This document shows positions 11,150-22,938 of a stretch of DNA of 64,000 nucleotides, piece after piece. The stretch comes from Leucoraja erinacea (taxonomy: Eukaryota). Within the stretch, counting starts at the first letter, position 1. Each line of letters begins with the position of its first letter. The stretch covers positions 434,001 through 498,000 of the forward strand of contig NC_073403.1 of the NCBI RefSeq assembly GCF_028641065.1. The letters are read 5' to 3'. A program made the position numbers and the translations under genes. The notes beneath the pieces were generated by a model. It saw only the letters and a program-made list of their open reading frames with translations, was not told the origin of the DNA and ran no database searches.

Positions 11150-11960
11150 AGCAAGTTCCCAACAACTCTCCCCAACTTCTACAGATGCGCCGCAGACAGC
11201 ATTGTGTCCGGGTGCATCACAGCGCGGTTTGGGAACAGCCCCGTCCAAGGCCCAGAGACTTGTGGACGCAGCCGAGACCATCACACAAACCAATCTCCCT
11301 TCCATTGACTCCATCTACACCTCACGCTGCCTCGGCAAGGCCAGCAGCATCATCGAGGATGAGTCGCACCCCCGGTCACTCCCTCTTCTCCCAGGCAAGA
11401 AAAGAAGACCTCCAGATTCAGGAACAGTTTCTTCCCGGCTGTTATCAGGCATCCATAACAAGGGGTCACAGTTTAAGGATAAGGGGGAAATCTTTTAGGA
11501 CCGAGATGAGAAGAACTTTTTTCACACAGAGAGTGGTGAATCTCTGGAACTCTCTGCCACAGAAGGTAGTTGAGGCCACAGTTCATTGGCTATATTTAGA
11601 GGGAGTTAGATGTGGCCCTTGTGGCTAAAGGGATCAGGGGGTATGGAGAGAAGGCAGGTACAGGATACTGAGTTGGATGATCAGCCATGATCATATTGAA
11701 TGGCGGTGCAGGCTCGAAGGGCCGAATGGCCTCTACTCCTACACCTATTTTCTAAGTAACTGAACCGTCCTCCCACCAGTTAGAGAGCGGCCCTGACATC
11801 CCGTCCACCTCATTGGAGACCCTCACACTATCTTTAATCCAGAACTTCAATGTAATATCTTTGCACTAAATGTCGTTTCCTTTACCCCATATCTGGCCAC
11901 TGTGGACGGCTTGAATATAATCACATCTAGTCTTTACTGTCACTGGATGGGACACAAACA
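11150..11960 (+). mobile_element. Rex1/Babar 3' fragment with a nested CR1 3' end (~11455-11755)
   Basis: NFYRCAADSIVSGCITARFGN...LPSIDSIYTSRCLGKASSII; CR1 TRGHSLRI..FFTQRVVNLWNSLP inserted, Rex tail resumes near 11757. Confidence 0.75.
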
Positions 11961-12168
11961 AAGTCTGTCGATGTACTGGGTCACAACCCAAACAATGTGG
12001 GTCTCCTCGCCGCCCGCGAGTTAAACCCCCCCCCCCCGCCCCATCGCCCCACCCGCCCTTCCCCCTATAACCCCCCCCGCCCCACCGCCCTTCCCCCTAT
12101 AACCCCCCCCCCCCCCCCCAACTCCGCCTGCCCAGTCACTGTCTCACTGACGTGTCCGGTTTGTGCAG

Positions 12169-12331
12169 CAAACGAGACGTTGATGTATTTTGCCAAAGAG
12201 GCCGCAGCGGCGGCGCTCGGAACTTCCCAAACATGTGGAGCGAAATACGCGGCGTCTCCCTCCAGGAACGGGACGACGAGGAAGTTCGCAATTTGCTTCA
12301 TAGACGCGCCAAGACCAGGAGAGGATCGCAG
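12169..12331 (+). CDS. mreg-like: Melanoregulin-like gene exon 2
   Basis: Branch-like CTGAC + CAG acceptor; KRDVDVFCQRGRSGGARNFPNMWSEIRGVSLQERDDEEVRNLLHRRAKTRRGSQ resembles MREG [30 protein letters not shown]; 163 nt, phase 2 to 0. Confidence 0.85.
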
Positions 12332-12589
12332 GTCGGAACCCGCCCCCTCACCCCAGTCCCTCCCTCCCTCCCCTCCCCTCCCCCCTCCCCCCTCACCCCT
12401 CCTCCCCTTCACCCCCTCCCTCCACCCTCACCCCCTCCCCCCCAGTCCCTCCACCCTCACCCCCCCACTCACCTCCCGCGGGTCGCTAATGGGAGAACGG
12501 GCTGTGAAACCAACAAAATCGCCCGAGTTTGGAAATAGTTGGGAGGGGCAGGCGAAGGGAGGCGGGGGGAGGGGCGGGAGGGGGCGTGT

Positions 12590-13345
12590 TGAGGGGGGGG
12601 CAGGGTCGGGGATGGCAGGGTCGGGGAGGGCAGGGTCGGGGAGGGGGCAGGGTCGGGGCAGGGTCGGGGGGGGAGGGGGCGGGGGGGCAGGGTCGGGGGG
12701 GGCAGGGTCGGGGAGGGGCAGGGGGCAGGGAAGGGGTCGGGGGGGAGGGGGGGAGGGGCGGGGGGCAGGGGGGGGGGCAGGGTCGGGGAGGGCAGGGTCG
12801 GGGAGGGCCAGGGTCGGGGGGGGGCCGGGTCGGGGGGGGGGGGCCAGGGTCGGGGGGGGGGCAGGGGCGGGGGGGGGAGGGTCGGGGGGGGGGGGGGGGG
12901 GGGTCGGTCGGGGGGGGGCAGGGGGGGGGGGGGGCAGGGTCGGGGGGGCAGGGGCGGGGGGGGGGGGTCGGGGGGGGGGGGCCAGGGCAGGGTCGGGGGA
13001 GCAGGGCAGGGTCGGGGGGGGGGGAATCGGGGGGGCAGGGGCGGGGGGGGAGGGTCGGGGGGGGGGGGGGGGCCAGGGTCGGGGGGGGCAGGGTCGGGGG
13101 GGGAGGGGCGGGGGGGGGGGGGGGGGGGGCGGGGGGGCAGGGTCGGGGGGGCAGGGTCGGGGGGGGCAGGGTCGGGGGGGGCAGGGTCGGGGAGGGAGGG
13201 GCGGGCCAGGGGCGGGGGGGGGGGGGGGGGGAGGGGGGAGGGGGGGGGGGGGGCGGGGGGGGGGGGGGAGGGTCGGGGGGGGGCAGGGTCGGGGGGGGGG
13301 GCAGGGTCGGGGAGGGCAGGGTCGGGGGGGCAGGGTCGGGGAGGG
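12590..13345 (+). repeat. G-rich tandem repeat (GGCAGGGTCGGGGG-like) in MREG-like intron 2
   Basis: Seen directly. Confidence 0.9.
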
Positions 13346-13521
13346 GGTTACCCTTCCCCACCAACAATGAACAAATCTGGACAAATACGTGATTCAGTGC
13401 CCCGAAGGTCAGAGGTCAGGCTGTTTCTCTGGGGTTAGAGTTCGGCGCTGCCCCTGGGGTCAGCTGGGGGTCAGCTGGGGTTGGGTCACCGCTGCCAGTA
13501 ATCGCTGCTCCTCTGTCCAAG

Positions 13522-13612
13522 GGTTACCGGCGGCTGAGCCTCGACATCCAGTCGGCGCTGCAGGAACGCGAGGACATGTTGGACAAGTGGAAGTTCATCC
13601 TAGAAAGCCTGG
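13522..13612 (+). CDS. mreg-like: Melanoregulin-like gene exon 3
   Basis: AAG acceptor, GTAAG donor, 91 nt; GYRRLSLDIQSALQEREDMLDKWKFILESLG resembles MREG [30 protein letters not shown]. Confidence 0.9.
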
Positions 13613-14130
13613 GTAAGAAACAGAGACATAACCCCCCCTCCCCCACCCCGCCCTCTCATCTGCCCCAGTTGACCCAGCGCCCACAGACATGTCTACCAGA
13701 AGCTGCCATCCTGGACATTAGTTCATTCCACACGGCACTTTCCCGATTTTCTTCAAGACAGCAAGGGATTGGAATACCCCAGCAGCCAGCACCAGAGATC
13801 GCCACAACATCAACACACACAAAGATGCATCTCCATCTTGACTAGTACGTCCCCCACCACCGTAGTGCTGAGTGATATTCCACTGTTACTACATCCAGTT
13901 GCATCCAGCATCTCACTTGAGCCCCTCGTCACCCCCCCCCCCCCCCCCCCCCCCACCCCCCTTAGCCCCTTCTGTGTTGGGCCGGGTCTGGTCCTGGTCT
14001 GAGCCTGTTTTGGAAGGGGATTGAGCCGGATTTGGGCGGGTTTAGGTCTGGGTTGGGCCGGTGCATGACCCGAGTTTGTTCTGGGTTATGGCCGGATTTG
14101 ACCCCTGTCTGAGCCGATCTGTCTCCGCAG

Positions 14131-14291
14131 GTTTCGGGGCCGAGGCGGACGCGATGCTGACGGTCACAACCAGTTCCTCGTACAGTAGCCTGCGTAACGC
14201 TCTAGAGGCCGAACGGCTCCTCGACATCCTCGCCCAGGAGAGCAACATCTTCGACAAAAGGGTGCCGGCGGAGCGATACATCTACGTCCTG
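14131..14291 (+). CDS. mreg-like: Melanoregulin-like gene exon 4
   Basis: CAG/GTGAG boundaries, 161 nt; GFGAEADAMLTVT..ERLLDILAQESNIFDKRVPAERYIYVL resembles MREG GFQKEADSLLSVT..LLKLAEETNIF..SERYLFVV. Confidence 0.92.
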
Positions 14292-14739
14292 GTGAGCGGA
14301 CGGTGGGGGGGCGTGGGGGGGTGTGGGGGGAGGGAGGGGGTGGGGATGGGGGGGGGGGGGGGGGGGGGGGAGAGGATACAAAGAGAGATGAGGCCAGAAT
14401 CAAGAATGCTGGAGTAACTCAGCGAGTCAGGTAACATCTCTGAAGAAATTAAATGGGTGACGTTTCTGGTCAGCAGTGGAGAGGGTGGGGGCAGGTGTGT
14501 GAGCGGTGAGGGGGGGGCAGGGGGGGAGGGGGAGGGGGAGGACAGGGGGGAGGGGGGGGGGAGAGGGGGAGGCGCTAGAGGGTACGGACACAGGGGGAGG
14601 GGGGAGGGGGGAACGGAGGGGGGAGAGGGGGGATACGGGGACAGGGGGGGAGGGGGGAGGGGAGAGGGGGAGGCGCTAGAGAGGTCGGGGTGCTGGTATG
14701 GTCAAGGCCGCTACAGCCGCTGACACCCCTCTGTTTCAG

Positions 14740-14931
14740 GACTGCCTCATCTCACTCGACGCCGCCCAGGACTTCGTGTCGAAAGCCAAGAGCTGTTTCC
14801 CGCCCGGGCGCGGCGCGGAGCGGGACGTGGTGGCCGTGTTGGTCAAGGCGGACGAGGTGGGGCTGGCGTCGGGCGAGGAGCTGGAGGAGGTGGACGAGGA
14901 GGCCGCGTTGTCCACCTCGCTGGAGTTGTGA
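14740..14931 (+). CDS. mreg-like: Melanoregulin-like gene exon 5 (last)
   Basis: TTTCAG acceptor; DCLISLDAAQDFVSKAKSCFP resembles MREG DRLIALDAAEEFFKLARRTYP; acidic tail to TGA. Five exons total 690 nt = 229 aa + stop. Confidence 0.9.
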   Translation, partial: DCLISLDAAQDFVSKAKSCFPPGRGAERDVVAVLVKADEVGLASGEELEEVDEEAALSTSLEL

Positions 14932-15144
14932 TGTGGGGCCGGGACTGGAGCAACGCCGTGTCCGCCCGACCGGGAAACGTAGACTTTGTACAACGGGCCG
15001 AGTGGATAAATCACGCGAGAAACTCACCAACGCGGCGCCGACCGGCGATGTATCATTTATGTTGTTGATTGTGTTATAAATACACACGGCATCCGCTCAT
15101 CACCGCCTGCTTGTTGTTGATGGGAACTACACACGCGGCTCTAA

Positions 15145-15470
15145 CAGCGCGGCGCTCCCTCACTGGCCCTCCCCCCACAGCGCGGCGCTCCCTCACTGGC
15201 CCTCCCCCCACAGCGCGGCGCTCCCTCACTGGCCATCCCCCCCCACAGCGCGGCGCTCCCTCCTCCCCTCCGTCCTTCCCTCCACACACACAGCGCGGCG
15301 CTCCCTCCCCCCACAGCGCGGCGCTCCCTCACCCCACAGCCCTCCCCCACACACACAGCGCGGCGCTCCCTCCCGCCCCCCCCCCCCCACACAGCGCGGC
15401 GCTCCCTCACCGCCCCTCCCCCCCCCACCCCCCACACACACACAGCGCGGGCGCTCCCTCACCGCCCCCC
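15145..15470 (+). repeat. CpG-rich repeat with core CAGCGCGGCGCTCCCTC
   Basis: About 9 imperfect copies; same core as 17133-17330. Confidence 0.85.
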
Positions 15471-16227
15471 CCACGGCCCATCTTTTCTTTTAACCAAAAA
15501 TAATTTAATCAATTATGAAAAATAATATTTACAGCACAATATAAAACCACCATAGAACAGGTCGAACAAATGTACGAAATAAATTTCCTCAACAAGTATA
15601 TTACAATCCCCATCCAGGATGACTTCCACCACACGCGGTGCCCAAAGCTCCCGGTAATCCCCAGGGCCCCGTGGACCGCGCGGAGTCCCCTCTCTAACGT
15701 CACCCCGGAAATGGGACAGGCAGCCCCTCTTGAAAGGACAGCTCTCATATCCAGGAATTAGCGCAGCCAATCTACTGTCCAGTGGGACTATCGCACCGTG
15801 CAGGATACATTTGGACAGGTCCATGGATAGGACAGGTTTGGACGGATATGGAGATGTTAGTAGGCGTGGGCAAGTTGGGCCGAAGGGCCTGTTTCCACGC
15901 TGCATCGGTGTACGCCTCTATGACCATGAACCGTGGACAGGTAAAGGCCTGACTCACCTGAGGTGGCCTCGATAACCGGTGGTCCTGCAACTGAATAACA
16001 CACAAGCATCTCTGTGGCCCTTGGACCTCCTTGGCAAACCAAACCTACAGACAAACAGGCACAGAGTGCTGGAGGAACTCAGTGGGCCAGGCAGCATCTG
16101 TGGAGGGGGGGGGGGGGGGTGGGTTGTAGAGAGATTGTGTGTGTGGGGGGGGGGGGGGGGGGCGGGGGGGGGGGGTAGAGAGAGAGTGAGAGTGTGTGTG
16201 TGTGGGGGGGGGGTTGTTAGTGGTCAT

Positions 16228-16480
16228 CTAACGTTGGAGAATGCAATATTCATGCCGCTGGGCTGTAAACTGCCCTAGTGGGATTTGAGCTGCTGTTCCC
16301 CAGTTTGCGTGTGACCTCACTATGGCAATGGAGTGAAAGGTCGGTGTGGGACTGGGAGGGGGAGGGGAAGGTCAAATGATTAGCAACCGGGAGACCGGGC
16401 ACAGATGTTTGAGCAAAAACCCTCGCCGAGTCTGCACTTGGTTTCGCCGATGTACAGGAGTGCACAGCGGAGGTTAGAGG
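16228..16480 (-). mobile_element. Penelope-like element fragment (GIY-YIG endonuclease C-terminus)
   Basis: Minus-strand translation CALLYIGETKCRLGEGF and LPVANHL, typical of the Penelope GIY-YIG domain. Confidence 0.75.
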
Positions 16481-17132
16481 GTGTGAATTGTGTCTCACCG
16501 AGGGGGGGGGGGGGGGGCTCACTGGATAGAGACGATGGGGGGGGGGGGTGAGGAGACAGAGGAGTTGAGAGAATGGGATAGCGGCTTTGCAGAAGGCAGG
16601 GTGGGTGACGTGTCTGTGGGTCCACAGTGTCGGTCAATGTTCTGTCCGCTGTGTGTAGGGACAGGACTGACTGAAGGGAGCGGGAGTACCTGGCGCGAGT
16701 GACCCTCTGGAACGGGTAGACTGGAGCACGCACAAGCCCAAAGCTTGCCTGTTTCCTACTTGTTGCTCCCGCCCGCTGGCACTAGAACCCCCCCCCACCC
16801 CCCGGCCCTAAATAGTCACCAACCGCGGCCCGCGAACATGTCACAGAGAATTACACGCCAGTTACTCCCGCTCCCCCTTCACTCACCCATTCTCAATGTA
16901 ACATTTAGACAATAGGTGCAGGAGTAGGCCATTCGGCCCTTCGTGCCAGCACCGCCATTTAATGTGATCATGGCTGATCGGCCCCAATCAGTACCCCGTT
17001 CCTGCCTTCTCCCCATACCCCCTGACTCCGCTATCTTTAAGGGCCCTATCTAGCTATTTTGTGTCTGTCTTTGGTTTAAAGCAGTTCCTTCTCTCAGTCA
17101 AAATACCATTAATCACTCCTGACCCTTGACAA

Positions 17133-17330
17133 TGCGGCGCTCCCTCACTGCCCCGCCCACAGCGCGGCGCTCCCTCACTGCCCCGCCCACAGCGCGGCGC
17201 TCCCTCACTGCCCCGCCTACAGCGCGGCGCTCCCTCACTGCCCCGCCCACAGCGCGGCGCTCCCTCACTGCCCCGCCCACAGCGCGGCGCTCCCTCACTG
17301 CCCCGCCCACAGCGCGGCGCTCCCTCACTC
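17133..17330 (+). repeat. 30-bp near-perfect VNTR upstream of TCAP containing GC boxes
   Basis: (AGCGCGGCGCTCCCTCACTGCCCCGCCCAC) about 6.5 copies. Confidence 0.95.
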
Positions 17331-17554
17331 CTCTCCCTCGCGGTTGAGCCGGGCCGTGTTGTCTGGCACCGGCGGGTGAGTGCTGACAGTTGGAATGTGA
17401 CGGTAACGTCACCAATTCCACAGCGAGTTCCCAGCGTGGGTTTAACAGCGCCCAGAATAGCGGCGGCAAGGTACTTAAAGGGGAGGCGAGCGGGCAGCGC
17501 TCAGACCGGACACCGAGACTGACCGAGCGGACACGGGTATCTGCGGGAAACAAG

Positions 17555-17673
17555 ATGAAACTTTCGCCTGACGCCACTCTCATCGCCTCTGTTAGAGAGG
17601 AGGACGCGCGGCGGAGGGAGTTTTACGCGGCAGAATGGGACGACCTGATCCTGAAAACGCGGCCCCACGACCG
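17555..17673 (+). CDS. TCAP: Telethonin (titin-cap) exon 1
   Basis: MKLSPDATLIASVREEDARRREFYAAEWDDLILKTRPHD resembles human LSCEVSEENCERREAFWAEWKDLTLSTRP; donor CG/GTGAGT, phase 2. Confidence 0.93.
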
Positions 17674-18253
17674 GTGAGTGTCCGAAGCCCCGGGCAGGAG
17701 GAGCGGGGCAGGGGGGGGCAGAGGGGGGGGTGGGGGGGGGGGGGGGGGGGGGGGGGGTAGTTGAGGCAGGGACTATCCCAGCATTTAAGAGATCCTTGGA
17801 CAGGTACATGGATAAGATATGGGTCAAACTAGTGTAGATGTGGTTTGTTGGTATCAGAAGCAAGTTGGGCCGAAGGGCCTGTTTCCATGTTGTGTCCACT
17901 CTATGACAGGGGCGAGACGCGGGGGGTCGCGAGGTGGCGAATCACAGAGCGAGGGGACAGACAGAGGGTGAAGGATTTATATAAAGAGACAATGAGAGAG
18001 ACGCGAGAGAGACGCGGGAGAGACGCGGGAGCGACGCGGGGAGAGACGCGGGAGGGACGCGAGGCACGGTGCAGGGGGTCGGAGTTACACGGGGCAGTGG
18101 GAAAAGGCGGTGGGCCCGCGGGAGTCGGGGGTCGTTGGTCCGCGGGGGTGGGGGAGGGGGTGGGTGGGTGATCTGCGAGCGGGGAGATTGTGCGCCGGGC
18201 TATCCGGTCTAACCCGGTCTAACCCGGTCTAACGCGCCTCTTTCCGGCGGCAG

Positions 18254-18626
18254 GTGGTCTGCGGCGGAGCGGAACGGCTGCCGGGGGGAGAGCTATGCGA
18301 GGAAGGGGCAGGTGAGCTACCTGCTACAACGCGGCCCGGACCTGCGGCTCCGGACGGGACTCCTTGGCCGTGAGCTGACCGAGTATCACCTGCCGCTGCC
18401 CATCTTCACACCGGCCCAGGTCGGCGCCGGCACCGAGTGGTCAGAGGCGGAGCGGGAGTGGGAGCGGTCGCAGAGCCCGAGCGGCGTCTGTCCCAACAAG
18501 AAGGAGATCTCGGCGATCACCAGAGAGTTGCCGCCGCTCATGCAGCCCGCGTCCCTGGGCAAGAAGCCGGACATGGCCCGCAGGTCCCTGTCGCGCTCCA
18601 TGTCACAGGAAGCGCAGCGGGGCTGA
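18254..18626 (+). CDS. TCAP: Telethonin exon 2
   Basis: CAG acceptor 18251-18253; GLLGRELTEYHLPLPIFTPA...EISAITRELPP...RRSLSRSMSQEAQRG* (C-terminus as in human); 163 aa total. Confidence 0.96.
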
Positions 18627-18902
18627 GCTGCCCGGGTCTATCCCCGGCGGACGGTGCAAGGAACCGGCATGTGTTGGGCGGGGGCAGGTTGGCAGCGGGG
18701 CGGCGGAGACGGATTTGGAAGCGGGGAGAGAGGCGCGGGATGACGGGCGGGAGCGGGGAGAGAGGCGCGGGATGACGCGCGGGAGCGCGGAGAGAGGCGC
18801 GGGATGACGGGCGGGAGCGGGGTTGGAAAGTGCCGGGGAAATGTGTTTTATCTTTGTAGATGTTTGATGATTTATTTTTGTAATTGATGCTGATTTATTT
18901 CT

Positions 18903-18908
18903 AATAAA
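18903..18908 (+). terminator. TCAP polyadenylation signal AATAAA
   Basis: Canonical hexamer ~280 nt after the stop, T-rich upstream and T/GT-rich downstream. Confidence 0.7.
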
Positions 18909-19476
18909 CGTGAGTGAGTTTGGACGTCGATGAGTTTTTCTTCTTCTCCTTGTGTTTGAGGCAGCACAGTTTCTGTGTCGCTGTCGCCAGTTCAATGTAT
19001 GTTGTACACGCGAGTACACGCCTTCTGGAAACCCTTAGCCGCTCGGCCCACTGTGTCTCTGCAATCCCACACCGAACTATCTCTCCTTACAACCGTGCGC
19101 AGTCGCGTTGGGGTCACGATGTGAGCGCGGGGGCAACGGATAAACAACCCGGGGATAAAACACAAACTAACTTTATATTTGCGAGTAAGTGACGGAGTTT
19201 GCTGAAGCCGACGCGGAAACGCAATTACACACCTGCTGATGTCAAGCTTCTGGCGCAGCGACTCGGCGCTGGAGATCTTGAGGCGAGACCGGTGTGTCGC
19301 CCCCCGCCCCCCGCTCTAGGCCCGACAACTTCCCGCGGCTCCGGTACCCGCTCCAGCTCCCGCCACCAAGGGCGTTTACCTCAGTTGCGTCGGCGCTAAA
19401 TCCCCTCAATCTCGTACAGTCTGGGTCCCACCCGCGACCCCCCCGGCCCCGGTATCTCCGGACTGAAGCCTTACTG

Positions 19477-19509
<33 letters not shown>

Positions 19510-20032
19510 GGGGGAAGGGAGGGGGGGGGGGGGCTGACGGACGGGATATTTTCCAAAGATCAACGTGACCTACAGCCTCTAACCTTTGCCCTGACTTTCA
19601 AAGGTCAGCCGCAGCACAACTGCACAGCTCCGGTGTTCAGGGTCTGAGCGAGGCTGTCGGTGTGGAGTTTGCCCGCTCTCCCGGTGATAGGTGGGTGCTC
19701 CGGTTTCCTCCCCCGTGGGTCAGTTGGCCGCTGTGAATGGCCCCGCGCGTGGCGGGGACTGATGGTGTGCGTGTGGGGGGGGGGGGAGGAACTGGGAGCT
19801 GAGAACATTTTTGTATTACATGTAAATAAAACATAATGAGAATGAAACGCCCGGGAACTCACAGGCTGCTGCATCTGCCGCCACCGTTACTGGTTTCTGT
19901 AGCAACTCATCCACAGTCGTGGATCATCTTAGAAAGTTGTCCTTCACACTGAAGCATTTCCACATTGGAACCGACGTTAAACACCAAGGAGTAACTCGGC
20001 GGGTCAGGCAGCATCTGTGGAGAACATGGATA

Positions 20033-20068
20033 GGTGACGTTTCAGGTCGAGACCCTTCTTCAGACTGA
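20033..20068 (-). ncRNA. Minimal type I hammerhead ribozyme motif in a Penelope-derived repeat
   Basis: Minus strand: CAGT-CTGAAGA-A-GGGTCTCGACCT-GAAA-CG-TC-ACC: CUGANGA core, stem II, GAAA, palindromic stem III, UC cleavage site. Confidence 0.6.
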
Positions 20069-20573
20069 GAGTCAGGGCGGGGGGAACAGTTTGTAATCTC
20101 CCACCTCCACCCCCCTCTCCCCCCCCGCCCTCCTTTTCACAAGCGTTACATGAAATACATGGGCCGAATGGCCTCATTCTGGTCGGTAAATGCCGGGGGG
20201 GGGGGGGGGGGGGCCCGGCGGGCTTGCCGCCCTTTTACTTTTTTCGGTTTTTCCTGCCCCGCGATTTTCTGTTTCCTAAAACATTATTATTTTATTCCCT
20301 TCCCTGGGTATTTTTTGATTTCGCCCCCTTCCCCCCCCCCCCCTGAACCCCCAGCCCCCCCCCCGAACCCCCCCGAGGTGGGGCGCGGCCTGCCGGGCGG
20401 AGGGGACCGGGCGCACGGGGGGGGGGGGGGGGGGGGGGGCGGGGGGGCGGGCGGGGGGGGGGGGCGAGGGGTGGGGGGGGGGGGGAGTAAAAGGGAAATG
20501 GCAGTCAGGCCTGTATGTACCGAGATGGGGAAAGGAGGTTTTGCGAAATTATTGAGCAGGTCGGGCAGATTCT

Positions 20574-20610
<37 letters not shown>

Positions 20611-20612
20611 CT

Positions 20613-20649
<37 letters not shown>

Positions 20650-21254
20650 GAGTTCCCGGTGTCAGGACATACCCCCACCCCCACCCAGAGTCTCTCCGCG
20701 TCCTTGCCGCGCCTTTGACAGCGGTTAACGAGGCGGTAAAACTGAGCGAGCGGCGAGCCGTCAGTAACCGGACACGGCCCGGGAGAGGCAGAACATTCCG
20801 CAGCCCAGTGGCCTGACTCATCGCTGTCTGTTGCCGCAGCTCGGGGGGGGGGGTGTCAAGGTCGTGCCGGGGGCAAGTGCGGATGCCCCGACCCGTGGGA
20901 ATGTGTGTGTATGGTGGGGGGGGGGTCTTCTTGTGTCGTCGAGGGTTTCCCGGGGGGTACCCCCCCCCCGTGGGGAGGATGCAAGGGTCGGAGGTCTCGC
21001 GCCAGGGCTCGTGTCTAATGTCCGATATAGACAACATCATCTGTAAAAACCGAGACACCGATACACACAGACAGAGACAGAGACAGAGAGACACAGAGAG
21101 GGACATAGAGAGAGAGGCAGAGAGACACATACAGAGAGAGACAGACACAGAGATAGACAGACAGGGAGACACAGAGAGACAGAGAGAGACGCAGAGCGCC
21201 GAGGGGAGGTTGTTCTGATCTTTGACCCAAGACCATGTCCAGACCGGGCTGTGA

Positions 21255-21689
21255 TATAACCATGTAACCATATAACAATTACAGCACGGAAACAGGCCAT
21301 CTCGACCCTTCTAGTCCGTGCTGAACACTTATTCTCCCCTAGTCCCATATACCTGCGCTCAGACCATAACCCTCCATTCCTTTCCCGTCCATATAACTAT
21401 CCAATTTATTTTTAAATGATAAAATCGAACATGCCTCCACCACCTTCACTGGAAGCTCATTCCACACAGCCACCACTCTCTGAGTAAAGAAGTTCCCCCT
21501 CATGTTACCCCTAAACTTCTGTCCCTTAATTCTCAAGTCATGTCCTCTTGTTTGAATCTTCCCTACTCTCAATGAGAAAAGCTTATCCACATCAACTCTG
21601 TCTATCCCTCTCATCATTTTAAAGACATCTATCAAGTCCCCCCTTAACCTTCTGCGCTCCAAAGAATAAAGCCCTAACTTGTTCAACTT
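21255..21689 (-). mobile_element. CR1 3' end, same young family as 52745-54033
   Basis: LNKLGLYSLERRRLRGDLIDVFKMMRGIDRV... and (TATATGGT)n-type tail. Confidence 0.9.
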
Positions 21690-22055
21690 GTGATGTTCCG
21701 GTGACAAGTGGCATCTTCCCAGCGACTGCTGCCAACCACTCGGCGCCGGGACAATTACAACATTCCACAGCCTATCCAAGTTTCCAGCGATAGTGGAGCC
21801 AGCTCCTAATCATGTTCTGGAAGCTTCTGTAGCGCGTGCCTGGCTGTTGGAGAGATATCAGCTCCCGGGGATTCTGATATCTGTCGCCGTGTGTCTATGT
21901 CCAACTAAATACTTCAAAACAAACACAGATCCTGGGCCGAGCCGGGGGGGGGGGAGGGGGGGGGGGGGGGGGGGGGGGGGGGCAGGGCCGGGGGGGGGGG
22001 TGGCAGGCCATGGGGGGGGGGCAGGGGGGCAGCGCGGGGGGGGTGGGGCATTGGG

Positions 22056-22100
<45 letters not shown>

Positions 22101-22799
22101 GAGGGGGGCAATGTGGGGAGGGGGGTGTGGGGGGATGGGGGTGGGCGGGGGGTGTGGGGACGGGGGGAGGGCTGAGTGGGGGGGGGTGGGGGGGGGGTTT
22201 GGGACAGGAAGGGGGAGTGTGGGGGTCAGTAGCTCATGGCGAAGGTGCGCTGCTGTGAATACTGAAGATTAAACACATTCGACAGACTGAATTCCACATG
22301 AAAGAGAAATAAGCCGTTCGCCCCATCGAGTCTGTGCCAGCTCCCAATCCCATTGCCCCACGCGTGTCCATCATATATTGAACGTCCGGTTACACTGTAG
22401 GGAATTTGCAGCCGTCGGCTAATTTACCGACCCGCACGTCTTTCATGAGTATTAGGAGCAGAATGGGGCCATTCGGCCCATCAAGTCTACTCCGCCATTC
22501 AATTGTGTCTCTCCCTCCTAACCCCATTCTCCTGCCTTCTCCCCATAACCCCTGACATCCAGACTAATCGCCGCCTTAAAAAATATCCACTGACTGGGCC
22601 TCCACAGCCTTCTGTAACAATTAACTCCACAGGTTCACCCTCCTCTGGCGAGATAATTTCTCCTCATCTCCTCTCCACAGGCATGTTAGTTATTTTATTC
22701 CGAGAGTCCTCGACTGGTGGAAACATCATCTGCACATCAACTCCATCCAGATCTTTCACTATTTTGTAAGTTTCAACGAGGTACCCCTTCATCCTTCTG

Positions 22800-22938
22800 C
22801 ACTCTGGAAGGAAACCGGAGCAACGGTGAGTTACCCACGCAGTGAGAGGGAGAACGTGCAAACTCCACACAGACAGAAGCCGAGGTCGGGTTCGAACCCG
22901 GGTATCTGGAGCTGGGAGTCTGTGCTACTTTGCCGCCA
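22800..22938 (-). mobile_element. tRNA-derived V-SINE (HE1-like) fragment
   Basis: B-box GGTTCGAACC and V-domain TGGAGTTTGCACGTTCTCCC on minus strand. Confidence 0.7.

Noticed and set aside
11997-13392. Long Gly-rich and Pro-rich ORFs on both strands (also 6692-8047, 43088-44310)
   Set aside because: G/C low-complexity tracts; only the embedded short exons are meaningful.
16806-16816. MEF2/CArG site upstream of TCAP (CCTAAATAGT)
   Set aside because: Fits neither the 10-bp MEF2 nor the CArG consensus fully.
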